Shown one piece after another: positions 10,569 through 23,195 of a stretch of 64,000 bases of DNA. The stretch is taken from positions 88,504,535-88,568,534 of the forward strand of contig NC_068986.1 in assembly GCF_001194135.2 (NCBI RefSeq), written 5' to 3'. Origin of the DNA: Octopus bimaculoides. Its lineage: Eukaryota. The translations under genes and the position numbers were made by a program. The notes below the pieces were generated by a model that was not told the DNA's origin, ran no database searches, and was given only the letters and a program-made list of their open reading frames with translations. The stretch's first letter is position 1. Each line of letters opens with the position of its first letter.

Positions 10569-11969
10569 CATTATTCAGTTTTATTTCGAGATTTCTTGCC
10601 AATAGAGAAAGAGTTGGTTTCAAACCTAGATGCCAAACTCCTTCATTGGGATTTCAACATGTCTTCTCATTCATATACATGCACATCTAGACATGCTCAC
10701 GTATATTTAAATTATAAACTTCTGGAAAGTTTTACGGGTATTTACAGTTCCCCTGATGGCTGGAATCTGAGTCTTCGAATCAGCTTTCTCCTTTCTGATT
10801 TTGAGAAGCCTAAGTTCTCAAGGTTGGTATTTAGACAGTGTGCTACATATCACAGAACCACAATAGTTACAGATATAAGCCTGACCTTGTAATTTGGATA
10901 GAGTAACTGCAGATTTTTCAATAGTTTAGTGTCGGTATTCCCTTTTCCCCTGATCTTCAGTTTTACGCTACCATCCACTGGTTAGCTGATTTCCGCAACT
11001 GTACACAGATTCTCTTCTCCATTACAAATCATTTTATCAGATTTATTATGTTTACATTTTATTGAGGTTTTCACTGAGACATTCCACTCGTATTCCTTTT
11101 TAATATGAGTGATTATGGGTTCCACCATACTGTGGGTTCTTATTTTTTTTGTCCTCTAGGTTATCCTTCCGACGAATTTCATTATAGAATGTCCTAGCTA
11201 AAACATCATATCTCATCGATAGATAATACCATGATGACATTTTCGGACAACTGCTTAAGACGTGGATAACATCTTCGGTGTTAACTCCACGAAGTTTGCA
11301 TCGGTTGTCACATTTTACTGTTTCCCTTATCTCTGTCCCTTTTGTGCATCAGGTATTTGCTTGAATGTCCCTGTTCCTGGATTGCAAACGCATACCCTTC
11401 AAAGTGTAAGATAGTAATCCGGTTGTTGGTCCACGATAGACTGCTTTGATGGTCGATGCTAGAATCATCTCGGAGCTTTCTTCTAACATATCTATGCATA
11501 GTCTTCTGCTCATATACTCACGTCCTTTCATCTTGATATGTTTCGGTAGAGTCGTGTGACTTCTTTTGGATATGTGTTTATGGTTATCAGACAAGTAATG
11601 CTGCACAAGAGCTTCCATGTTTTATGATGTTACCAGCCTCATGTCTGAAAACTCGGTGGTTAAAAGATGCTGCCGAAGGGTTATGATACGACATTCAAAG
11701 GTATTCCAGATCAATGTTAAGCCTCTGTCCCCTTGTTTTCGTTTTAGGTATAGTTGGTCTACGTTACTGTTGATGTGAAAAATATGTGTACTTATTATCT
11801 TCCAGGTCTTCACATCAATAGCACAGAACACATCAAGCGTTCAATCAAGCAGCCCAAATGTTGGTATGAGTGCTGGTACTGCAAACACATTGTGGACCAC
11901 TGTCTTATTGAATACAGAGTGTACTGAGGTCGACATTTTCTTTCTTTGGCTGTAGTCCATATTTTCTTT
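10569..11969 (-). mobile_element. R4/Dong-like RLE non-LTR retrotransposon, 5'-truncated copy 1
   Basis: NKTVVHNVFAVPALIPTFGLLD..IDVKTWKII..FHINSNVDQLYLKRKQGDRGL..CKLRGVNTEDVIHVLSSCPKM..MRYDV..; has a 3'UTR and a (CATA)n tail at 10499-10568. Confidence 0.92.
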
Positions 11970-12127
11970 ATATGTATGTATATATGCATGTATATGTATT
12001 GATATCTGTATGTATGTATTGTATGTATGTATGCATATAAAAGTGTGTGAGAATGCGTCTATAGACACATATCCACAAACATACATACACATATGCATGC
12101 ATATTCATGCACACACAAATAAACATT

Positions 12128-12410
12128 AGTCTTCAATAAAAATTTAGATTTAACTGGAGCAGACATTTATTCGAGAGAAAAAGAAACTGCTATGAATTTG
12201 AGTAAACCCGTCAATGGTCTTCAATAAAAATTCAGATTTGACTGAAACAGACATTTTGACTAAAACTACTGCGAAATTGAGTAAACCAGCCATTGGTCCT
12301 CAATAGAAAAAAACATTTAGGTTTCACTGAAGCAGACATTTATTTGAGTAAAACTACTATAAATCTGAGTAATCCAGCCACTAGTCTTCAATAAAGATTT
12401 AGATTGGTGC
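12128..12410 (+). repeat. Minisatellite, about 3.3 copies of a 79-88 bp unit
   Basis: Units start at 12128, 12216, 12295 and 12383 ((A/G)GTC(T/C)TCAATA..TT(T/C)AG(A/G)TTT.ACTG..CAGACATTT..AAACT(A/G)CT..TGAGTAA.CC). Confidence 0.85.
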
Positions 12411-12529
12411 AAAATAGCCGAGTATGACTCGTATGAATTCGAGAACAGCAACTATAATTTTGAGTAAAACTTCAGATTTGAATAAAACAGCCAGCTATTT
12501 GAATAAATAATTTTGATGACTTCTCACTT

Positions 12530-12720
12530 AACGGGTTGCAAGTCTACCACATGGTTAACCCCATTGCATATTCTATTTCACCATTTTAGCTGAGTAGACG
12601 AAAGGAGTGTGAAATTAAGTGCCTTGGGCAAGGGCACAACGTGCCACTCGGCCTAAGATCTTAAACCGGCAACCTTACAATCGTGAGCCTAACCCCCTTA
12701 ACCACTCAGACACACGTCTT
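12530..12720 (-). mobile_element. SINE family E (tRNA head plus Deu/Nin-like middle), degenerate
   Basis: Reverse complement: GTCTGAGTGGTTAAGGGGTTAGGCTCACGATTGTAAGGTTGCCGG..GTGCCCTTGCCCAAGGCACTTAATTTCACACT..CTCAGCTAAAATGG. The domain assignment is from memory of Deu/Nin-SINE consensus sequences. Confidence 0.65.
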
Positions 12721-13273
12721 CATGTTTCATATTTAACAATTGATATTTAGTGTATTCAATCACGTTTATTATACAATGTGTTATGTAATTACTATATGAT
12801 ATCATTAACATTTTGTTTAATTGTTATTCTACAAATAGATTCACGTTCCAAGTTCAAATACTTCTGAAGTAGATTTCGATTTAATTTCTCCACCCATATA
12901 TTACAATATATGGAACCACTTTTAAAAGTGTTGTACCTAAATTCTTGAAGCAATAAATAAATAAATAAATTGCTTGTAATAATGATAATGTAATAATACT
13001 GATGATGTCATAATATTTGGTGACAATATGCACGGTAATACGGATGACAATGATGATGATTATATAAATATGATAATAGATTGTTTAGATGTAATAATAC
13101 AAATAAGTACGGAATTATGAGGTATGAAGCCTATGAAATGACGTGGAGATTTGCCTGATTCATTTATTCAATCTTGTGTGTGTATGTGTGTGTGTGTGTG
13201 TGTGTGTGAGTGAGAGAGAGATGGAGAGAGAGAGAGAGAGAAAGAGAAACACACTGACAGAAAGTGCAGTAGT

Positions 13274-13350
<77 letters not shown>

Positions 13351-14780
13351 NNNNNNNNNNNNNNNNNNNNNNNNNNNNNNNNNNNNNNNNNNNNNNNNNN
13401 NNNNNNNNNNNNNNNNNNNNNNNNNNNNNNNNNNNNNNNNNNNNNNNNNNNNNNNNNNNNNNNNNNNNNNNNNNNNNNNNNNNNNNNNNNNNNNNNNNNN
13501 NNNNNNNNNNNNNNNNNNNNNNNNNNNNNNNNNNNNNNNNNNNNNNNNNNNNNNNNNNNNNNNNNNNNNNNNNNNNNNNNNNNNNNNNNNNNNNNNNNNN
13601 NNNNNNNNNNNNNNNNNNNNNNNNNNNNNNNNNNNNNNNNNNNNNNNNNNNNNNNNNNNNNNNNNNNNNNNNNNNNNNNNNNNNNNNNNNNNNNNNNNNN
13701 NNNNNNNNNNNNNNNNNNNNNNNNNNNNNNNNNNNNNNNNNNNNNNNNNNNNNNNNNNNNNNNNNNNNNNNNNNNNNNNNNNNNNNNNNNNNNNNNNTAT
13801 ATATATATAAGCATGCAAACACACAGACAAACACGCACACCCATATATATATATATGAACAGCGCACATATATTTACATATATCTTTGGTTATTCGCAAA
13901 CGTCTGTCTACGATAATAAACGTTACACTCGATGCCAACATAAAGCTACATCTGCCAAAACTAATACTACATCAATAAACATTGTTTGTTTATAGTTCTT
14001 TACATTTTCAACGGTTCTATTGAGTTGTTTTTGCCATTTTTCCCTTTCTCTATCGAGGTTAGTTTTCTTTTTTTCCCATTACTTTGTTTTTTGTTAGATA
14101 TTTTTTGATTTTTGTATATTTTTCGTTATTTTTTTTCTTTCTACCACCCCACCCAATGTTAGAATATTCATCTTGTGAAGCAATAGTCAAATCATATTTT
14201 CCTCTGTTCCCTGTAAACACATCATTCCTATTTCAATGGCAATTACCAATATTTACCAAAATCTTTCAGATGCCATTCTTAATTTTCTGACCGCTGCCAT
14301 CAAAAGTCTTTTATAGAAAACGAAAATAAGAAGCAGAAAATAAAAAAATAAAAATGACGGATGCAGTTGGTGGGAGCGAGGTCGTTGTGAAGGAATTGGT
14401 ACTCAGTTATATTCACCAAAGACTTATTTTGAGGTCATTTTTGTTTGGATGCTTTTTGATGCATGCAGATTCGCATGTTTTCGGTGTGCAGGTTGTATCC
14501 AATGTATTGCGATGTATTCCAGCAATCTCCTATATTCAAATTCACCCCACTCATGTCTCACACACACAAACACACATACACGCACGCGTATATGCACCAT
14601 ACATATGCACAAATAGTCAGTAAACGACAGTGATAAAGATGCATAAATATATATCTATGTACATCATTAGGAAATACATGGAAACGCGTGATTATATAGA
14701 TACAAAACGAATTATGTATATATATAAATATATATGTATATATATACATACATACAAACATACATACATATACATACACA

Positions 14781-14868
<88 letters not shown>

Positions 14869-14996
14869 TACATACAAAATAGGACAAGAACTCAAAACAT
14901 CCGGACAGTTACGTGATACAAAAATGGGACAACAAAACATCCAGATAGACGATACAAAGAAAACACGGAAGGACCATTCGAAACGTTCTTTCTTTA

Positions 14997-15063
<67 letters not shown>

Positions 15064-15553
15064 CAGAGAAGTTAAAAGAATCGCTCGGTGGCAATTGTGA
15101 CAATCTATTTCTATGGCTCACAGATACACGCATACACATACGTTTCTATTGAGTCAACATATTTAATTTTTAACACTTCATTGGTGGATAAATGCATTCT
15201 TTTTTTTTTTTCCTAGTAGACTAGAGTTAATGTCATTCCATGGTTTCGTGTCTGTGTTTTTGCAATTATTGAATCGTAGTTTGAAAGATAATTGCAACTC
15301 TGCTATCATGTTAGATGAGACGGGAAAAACAAAAAGACTGGATGAGCAGCGGAAAAAAAGTAATCATGCATTGAATGCGATATTGATTGGTTTTCTTGTA
15401 CCGTATACTGTATATTGAACATAACCGAATACATCCTTCCATTGTTAACGCATCGTATATAATTATAACTATAAGATTGATAATTGTTAGATTGGCCGAA
15501 TATACTTTCTCTCCCTCTTTGTCTCTGTCTCTATCTCTCTTTCTCTTTCTCCC

Positions 15554-15636
<83 letters not shown>

Positions 15637-15798
15637 TATATACATATCATATGCATACACGTATACATGCATCTATATATCATATATACATATCATACAT
15701 ACTTATATACTACACACAAATACATACAGCTGTACATACACATATTATGTATGTATGTATGTATGTATGTATGTATGTATGTATGTTTTATGTATGTA

Positions 15799-16706
15799 TT
15801 CTCATGCATATACTTGCATATCTAGAATGTTCATATACATTTAAATGATGAACTGGAAAGTTTAACAGACCTTTATAGTTCTAGTGATGGATTAGATCTG
15901 TAGTCTTCGAATTAGCCTTCTCCTTTCTGATTTTGAGAAGTCTAATTCCTCAAGATTGGTATTTAGGCAGTGTGTTACATACCCCAGGGCCCCAATAATT
16001 ACAGGTATCAACCTGAACTTGTACTCTAGATAGAGTAATCGCAGATTTCACAATAGTTCAGCATAGGTGTTCTCTTTTTCACTGATCTTCAGCTTTTATG
16101 TTAACATCTGCTGGGCAGCTAATTTCCACAATTGTGCACAGTTTCTCTTCTCTATCCGAAATCATTTTATCTGGTCTGTTGTGCTTACATTTCATTGAGG
16201 TCTTCAATGGTACATTATACCAGTATTCGTTTTTATTATGAGTAGCTTTGGCTTTTGCCATATTGTGTGTTCTTATTTCTCTGTCCCCAGGATTATCCTT
16301 CCGACGAATTTCATTATAGAGTGTCCTAGCTACAACGCAATGTCTCATCGGTAGATAATACTGTGATGACATTTTCGGACAACTGCTTTGGATGTGGGTG
16401 ACATCTTCAGTGTTAACTCCACAAAGTCGGCATCGGTTGTCACATTTTACGGCTTTTCCTGCATCTCTATCCCTTTTGTGCTTGAGGTACTTGGTTGATA
16501 TTTCCTGTTCCTGGATTGCAAACGCATACCATTCAAAGTGGGAGGTAGGAATCCGGCTATTGGTCCATGATTAACTGCTTTGATGATCGATGTTACTATC
16601 ATCACGGAGCTTTTCACTAACATATCCATGCATAGTGCTCTGCTCATATAGGCTCATCATTTCATCTGATGATATGTTGCAGTAGAATCGTGCGACACCT
16701 TTGGGC
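15799..16706 (-). mobile_element. R4/Dong-like RLE non-LTR retrotransposon, 5'-truncated copy 2
   Basis: MHGYVSEK..AFAIQEQEISTKYL..CRLCGVNTEDVTHIQSSCPKMSSQYYLPMRHCVV..CKHNRPDKMI.DREEKLCTIVEISCPADVNI..EKENTYAELL..IPVIIGALG (CCHC knuckle plus PD..E RLE domain). Roughly 85% identical to copy 1 by eye; (CATA)n on both sides. Confidence 0.93.
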
Positions 16707-16733
16707 ATGTATGTATGTATGTATGTAAGTATG

Positions 16734-16823
<90 letters not shown>

Positions 16824-16908
16824 NNNNNNNNNNNNNNNNNNNNNNNNNNNNNNNNNNNNNNNNNNNNNNNNNNNNNNNNNNNNNNNNNNNNNNNNNNNNN
16901 NNNNNNNN

Positions 16909-16964
<56 letters not shown>

Positions 16965-18049
16965 GGACAGATGCATGTATGTATTGAACATCAATTGATT
17001 GTACCTTCGGGCTGAAATCCGTATATTAAGCTTACTAGTGCACACATGCACGAGAATGTTGCATATGAGTAACTTTATATGATTAATTAGATATCTGTAA
17101 GTGTGTCCAACGTAGACGTTACACAGGTCTGTTAAGATATTCCTTTTCAGATGTGTACTTAAGAATGCGTAAACGCATATCATATGTTTGCGCTTCATTT
17201 GTGTGAACGTTGCAGAGGACTGCCTTATTACCCAATTTGCAATTGGCATAGCTGAATAACAATTATCTAGTGTGATTGCTAAGCAGACACGGTGTTATTT
17301 CATTATTCTAATACAGTGGATTGATAGTTTTGAGTAGGGTATCTAATTATTATGCAGGATCTTTGTAGTTCTCGTCACTGTGTTCAAAGTTTGATAATTT
17401 TCAGAATGTTCAGCCTATGAGAAAACTGTGCGTTCGCTGCCTCTTCTATCATCGGGAAAGAAATAACAGTCAAAACATTAAAATATACACGTATGATGCT
17501 AACATTAAAACATTAGCGAGCAGCTTAAATATTTAAAAGCTACGAACGAACAAACAAACCAACTGGCGTTGCTAGAAATAACAGTCAAAACATTGTTTTA
17601 AACAGACATATATTAGTTTCATAATTTAAGAACGAAAGTTTGCAATACACTCTAGGATTTTATAACATAAGCTACCTGGCCTCGTGCCGTCAAAAATAAT
17701 AGCTAGTTATAGTATTTTGGATATAAATATGGATGGTAAATCAAATTAATAGACTTGTCAATGTTATCTAGTGGTTGGCTTTTGAGATGTAACATCGAAC
17801 ATCGTTCGTTACTGAAAGAACGGTTGAAACGGTGTTTGAGTTTTCTTTCTAGCGATGAATTTCACCATTCCACTTCCTTTGCACGCACACACACAAATTG
17901 TCATATACCTCCTCTTACATACACACACATATACTCAAACAGAGTTGAAACGCTCCCACTACCAGTTTGCCATCACCCCTTCCCTCGTTATTCACCTATT
18001 ATCACCCCTTCTTTTCTCATTTATATGTTGTGACGGAGAAAAGCACAAG

Positions 18050-18370
18050 AGTATTATTATGGTAAAAGATTATTTTTCTCGTATCTCCTTCTCCTCCTTG
18101 TGCGCATGCACAGCATCTTTGGTTATTATGAAAACAGAGATTTTCGCCACGGTGATGTGTAAAATATTCGCTTCTAATTGGCTAAAATGCACAAGTTTTG
18201 CAAATTGCAAAGGCTAATAACGTTTTAATAGTGGATTTATAGGGAAAATGAATTTCCTTTTCATAGTTAGTATACAAAACTTAATCCATATACCAAATTT
18301 GAAAACAATTGGAACAAAATCGTATAGAGTGACGAAAACCACAAAGATCAATTTTGCAAATGGTGTGAGA
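18050..18370. mobile_element. Probable non-autonomous DNA transposon remnant related to 9420-10140
   Basis: Shared sequence blocks in the same order. Confidence 0.4.
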
Positions 18371-18529
18371 ATTTGTGTAGCTAGTGGAGGCAAAGATTTG
18401 GTAATTTACCATCATGTTTCTTTTCCATTGTTGATATGAGTATACAAATTAACAATATATGTCATGTAGCAAGTATGACTATACATTCAGTTTATATCAA
18501 GTTATATTCACCTACGAACACCGCTGCTG

Positions 18530-18611
18530 CTTGTGCTGCTGCTGCCACTACTACTACTGCTACTACTACTACTACTACTATACTGCTTTTATACTACTAC
18601 AATTACTACTG

Positions 18612-18659
<48 letters not shown>

Positions 18660-18780
18660 TATTGCTTTTATACTACTACAATTACTACTGCTACTACTAC
18701 TACTACTATACTGCTTTTATACTACTACAATTACTACTGCAACTACTACTACTACTACTGCTGCTGATGCTGTTGTTCCT
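18530..18780 (+). repeat. (TAC)n microsatellite with a repeated higher-order unit
   Basis: The block TAT(A)(C/T)TGCTTTTATACTACTACAATTACTACTGC occurs three times inside the TAC array. Confidence 0.9.
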
Positions 18781-19419
18781 GTTGCCGTTGTTACGAATTA
18801 CTCACCAGCCATAGGTTGCAAGAGTACAAAACTGCGCAAATGAAGATCAAGTTTTTCTTTGAACAGGGATTTAGTACAAACTTTAGCAATTGAGTGGACT
18901 AGTCCACTAAAAGCATTCAAATGCCAGGTGTTGATGTTCAACCAGATGACGCATGGAGTCTAGCAGCTAAGGAGATACACATGTACAGCCCATACGACGA
19001 CCTCGACACAGTGATCCCGCAAAATTTGACTCGTGAGGCGTATGATGAACCGTGACTACGATAGAATTCATCTGTCAAAATAACACGCCGATACCAACAA
19101 CAATTCTGCCACAATAAAAACAACGAAAATTACTATTAATGTAACTGCCATTATTATAACCACCATCACTACCACTGACACTATCACCATAACTACTAGT
19201 ATAACTACTAATAGTAACACCACTAGAACTTCTACCGATAATACAACTATTGCAGTTGGTATTAATACCGCTAACCACAATACAGCCACGACTATGACTA
19301 ATACAACATTTCACGCTCATGCAACCCACGTCACCACAACTTAAGTTAAAGGCTGTTTCGTACTTACGGGTTCATCAGGCCGGAGCTTGCTACATTTTGT
19401 CTATTGGGTTACCAGACTG

Positions 19420-19640
19420 AGAGTGCAAAGCTCCCTCCTGTACTGGAAGCCAGTCCATCGCAGTGTTAACAGTCAGCTACCGCTGGTACTCATTTTCATC
19501 AACAAGGATTGAGGTAATAGGAATTAAAGTGCCTCAACAAAGGTAAAAAAGACCTCGCCAAATAGAGACACCGAACACACGACCATGAGTCAAACAATCG
19601 TTTATGTGTCTAACATGGTAACCACTCGGCTACGCTCCAT
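19420..19640 (-). mobile_element. SINE family E-like (Deu/Nin/V-type middle), degenerate
   Basis: The plus strand carries GCCAGTCCATCGCAG..TACC GCTGGTACTCATTTT..AAGTGCCTC..AACCACTCGGCTACGCTCC, the reverse of a tRNA-headed SINE. Confidence 0.6.
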
Positions 19641-19860
19641 CATCTTCACAACGGCATACGGACACGTCCAAACACGAAGAACAGCAACAGCTGAAACAGC
19701 ATTAACATCAGTAACTATACCAAACAACATCACAGACACACATTTCAAAGCTACACACAACCAATAACGGGTCTGCTTAGTTGCACAACTACAATTTGCT
19801 GTAATACAGCAACTTCAAATTACTTTTGATGCGTCCAATCCGCTCAGCTCCGTATTAACA

Positions 19861-20298
19861 TTATTCTTTTCTACTCTAAGCACAAGGCCTGAAATTTTGG
19901 GGAAGGGGACCAGTTGATAAGATCATCTCTAGTACGTAACTGGTACTTAATATATTTTATTGACCCCGAAAAGTGAAAAACAAAGTTGACCTCGGCAGAA
20001 TTTGAAATCAGAACGTAAAGACAGACGAAATACTGCTACGCATTTCGCCCGGTGTGCTAACGTTTCTTATTTCTTTATTGCCCACAAGGGGCCAAACACA
20101 CAGAGGAGACAAACAAGGACAGACAAAGGGATTAAATCGATTACATCGACACCAGTGCGTAACTGGTACTTAATTTATCGACCCCGAAAAGATGAAAGGC
20201 AAAGTTGACCTCAACGGAATTTCAACACAAAGCATAAAGACAGACGAAATACCGCTAAGCATTTCGCCTGGCGTGCTAACGTTTCTGCTAGCTCGCCT
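19861..20298 (-). mobile_element. SINE family B dimer
   Basis: Reverse complement of the dimer at 4658-5090, including the linker. Confidence 0.9.
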
Positions 20299-20479
20299 AC
20301 CAATAATGGTACTAACCATTATAGCCAGGACCTTCCTTTCCCGAACACCAGAACCTTGACCTCCAGAATCTTTTCCTTGCTTAGCGGTTTAAACGAAACA
20401 TTGCTGGAACTGAGCTTATCGGTCTCTAAGGGCCTGCAACGGTTCTGAGTAATACCGTTTTACCTGATTCAAGAAATAT

Positions 20480-20735
20480 ATATATATATATAACGTGAGA
20501 GAGTTAGGGGTTGGGGGTTCAACCCACTAAGGGATAGTATCTATCCAGTATACTGCTGGGAGGGTACCCAATTATTGCTACACTAGTGCTATACTAGGTG
20601 CAATCAATGGGAGCGGGTAAAAGTGGAGGTTTTACCCAAAATTTGTATAACAATTAGAAAATGGAGGATAATATGCTGAACCCAACTACTTGCAGACGGT
20701 GTATCCCGTTGAATTCATAAATTTAATTCATAGCA
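20480..20735. repeat. Unclassified dispersed repeat abutting (TA)n
   Basis: An inverted homolog lies at about 55140-55400, for example ATCCAGTATACTGCTGGGAG.GGTACCCAATTATTG. Confidence 0.75.
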
Positions 20736-21750
20736 AAAGTGACAAAAAAAGAAAGAAAGAAAGAAAAAGAAAGAAAGAACCAAAGCACAGGTGTCTATGG
20801 CAGACTATGTTATTTTGCCAACCTGNNNNNNNNNNNNNNNNNNNNNNNNNNNNNNNNNNNNNNNNNNNNNNNNNNNNNNNNNNNNNNNNNNNNNNNNNNN
20901 NNNNNNNNNNNNNNNNNNNNNNNNNNNNNNNNNNNNNNNNNNNNNNNNNNNNNNNNNNNNNNNNNNNNNNNNNNNNNNNNNNNNNNNNNNNNNNNNNNNN
21001 NNNNNNNNNNNNNNNNNNNNNNNNNNNNNNNNNNNNNNNNNNNNNNNNNNNNNNNNNNNNNNNNNNNNNNNNNNNNNNNNNNNNNNNNNNNNNNNNNNNN
21101 NNNNNNNNNNNNNNNNNNNNNNNNNNNNNNNNNNNNNNNNNNNNNNNNNNNNNNNNNNNNNNNNNNNNNNNNNNNNNNNNNNNNNNNNNNNNNNNNNNNN
21201 NNNNNNNNNNNNNNNNNNNNNNNNNNNNNNNNNNNNNNNNNNNNNNNNNNNNNNNNNNNNNNNNNNNNNNNNNNNNNNNNNNNNNNNNNNNNNNNNNNNN
21301 NNNNNNNNNNNNNNNNNNNNNNNNNNNNNNNNNNNNNNNNNNNNNNNNNNNNNNNNNNNNNNNNNNNNNNNNNNNNNNNNNNNNNNNNNNNNNNNNNNNN
21401 NNNNNNNNNNNNNNNNNNNNNNNNNNNNNNNNNNNNNNNNNNNNNNNNNNNNNNNNNNNNNNNNNNNNNNNNNNNNNNNNNNNNNNNNNNNNNNNNNNNN
21501 NNNNNNNNATTATGCACTCCTTGGTATTAATATATCTGGCAAAGAAGGCCTAACGATTCTAATTTGGATTTCTTTGCACATAGATCTATTCAGTTTGCAT
21601 TACCAAAGGACCAAAAACAACAATAATAACAGCAACAACAGCAACAACTCCATTGCCTTATTACACCCATTACACACATCACCCAATGCTGTTATCACAA
21701 TGTCAGTTTTTCTATAGAAACCTAAACCAACACCCACTCATTCATGTATT

Positions 21751-21797
<47 letters not shown>

Positions 21798-22387
21798 ATG
21801 TGTGTGTGTTCTGTCACATCTCATCTCCATAAACATATTGAAATAGCAACGCCCGAAATCACCTAAAACCATATCAGTATGTGAAATATATGACTGGAGA
21901 ATGAAATGAATGAGTGGGTGTTATGTATGTATATATATATATATATATAATATATATGTATATATATANNNNNNNNNNCAACGCCCGAAATCACCTAAAA
22001 CCATATCAGTATGTGAAATATATGACTGGAGAATGAAATGAATGAGTGGGTGTTATGTATGTATATACATATGTACGTATTTGTGTATGTATTATGCATG
22101 TATGCGTTTATGCTTGTACAAAAATCTTATATACATATATTCACCATACGTCAAACGTTATATACACAAAAAACAACCACATCTATATAATCTTCAGACA
22201 TAGACGAAAAAAACGAGAGAAATATGCAAAAAATTAAATAACCATAAACGAAAATAAAATAAAAAAAGCAGAGATAAAGGGATCAAATTAACATAATAAG
22301 AAAGATAAAACAACAAAAGGTTGCGTATATTCGTGTATTTGCAACTGTATGCGTGTGTGTGTGTATGTTTGTGCGTGCGTGTGTGTT

Positions 22388-22418
<31 letters not shown>

Positions 22419-22429
22419 GNNNNNNNNNN

Positions 22430-22475
<46 letters not shown>

Positions 22476-22772
22476 TCCACATTTTTGTATATGTATAAGT
22501 ATGTATGAATGAACCCCAGATAATTAAAGTAAATATAAGATAAACATGTGATACGATCGAGTTACTGAAGGTAAAGAAAAGACAATATTGGCATTGATAT
22601 CACATAGTGAGTTTTAAAAAAAGCAAAACTAAAGATTGCATTGCCAAAATAGCTATAATAATAATAATTTCTTTGGCACAAGGTCAGAGCAACTGTTTTT
22701 TTTTCTTGTTTTTTTTTGTCTTTTTGCGGTTGGATTGGAAATTTTCCTGCTTATTATTATGTCTGGCTGCTA

Positions 22773-23195
22773 AGGTGGCAAGCAGGCAGAATCTTTAGTA
22801 CACCGGGCGGTATTTCATTCGTCTGTACGTTCTGAGTTCAAATCCCGCCAATGGCTACTTAGCCTTTCATCCTTTCGGGGTCGACAAAATAATCACTGTG
22901 GTTGGTGTAATCGACTAACCCCCACCCACAACTTCAGGCCACGTGCCTATAGTAGAAAGGATTATTGTGCATGGTAGTTAAAGCAGCGAACTGGTAGAAT
23001 CGTTAGCACACCGGTCAAAATGCCAGACGGTATTTCGTCCGTCTTTACGTTCTGCGTTAAAATTCCGATTTTGCTTTTCATCCTTTCGGAATCAATAAGT
23101 GAAGTACCCATTTAGCACTGGTGTCAATGCATTCGTCTCATTGCCCCCACCTTTCAAAAATTACTGCCTTTGTAACAAAGTTTGTAACTATTATT
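22773..23195 (+). mobile_element. Two tandem degenerate SINE family B monomers
   Basis: Both show GCAGAATC..TTAG.AC.CCGG..CGGTATTTC..GTTCTG.GTT.AAAT.CC..TTTCATCCTTTCGG. Confidence 0.8.

Noticed and set aside
12128-12410. CRISPR-like array
   Set aside because: Eukaryotic context, and the units are wholly repeated with no unique spacers.
14354-14623. 89-aa ORF MTDAVGGSEVVVKEL...
   Set aside because: No motif, runs into a microsatellite, and has no supporting splice structure.
21847-22066. Perfect ~90-bp direct repeat
   Set aside because: The copies flank a 10-N gap (21969-21978) and are identical, so this is a probable assembly artefact; the same pattern occurs at about 33111-33120.
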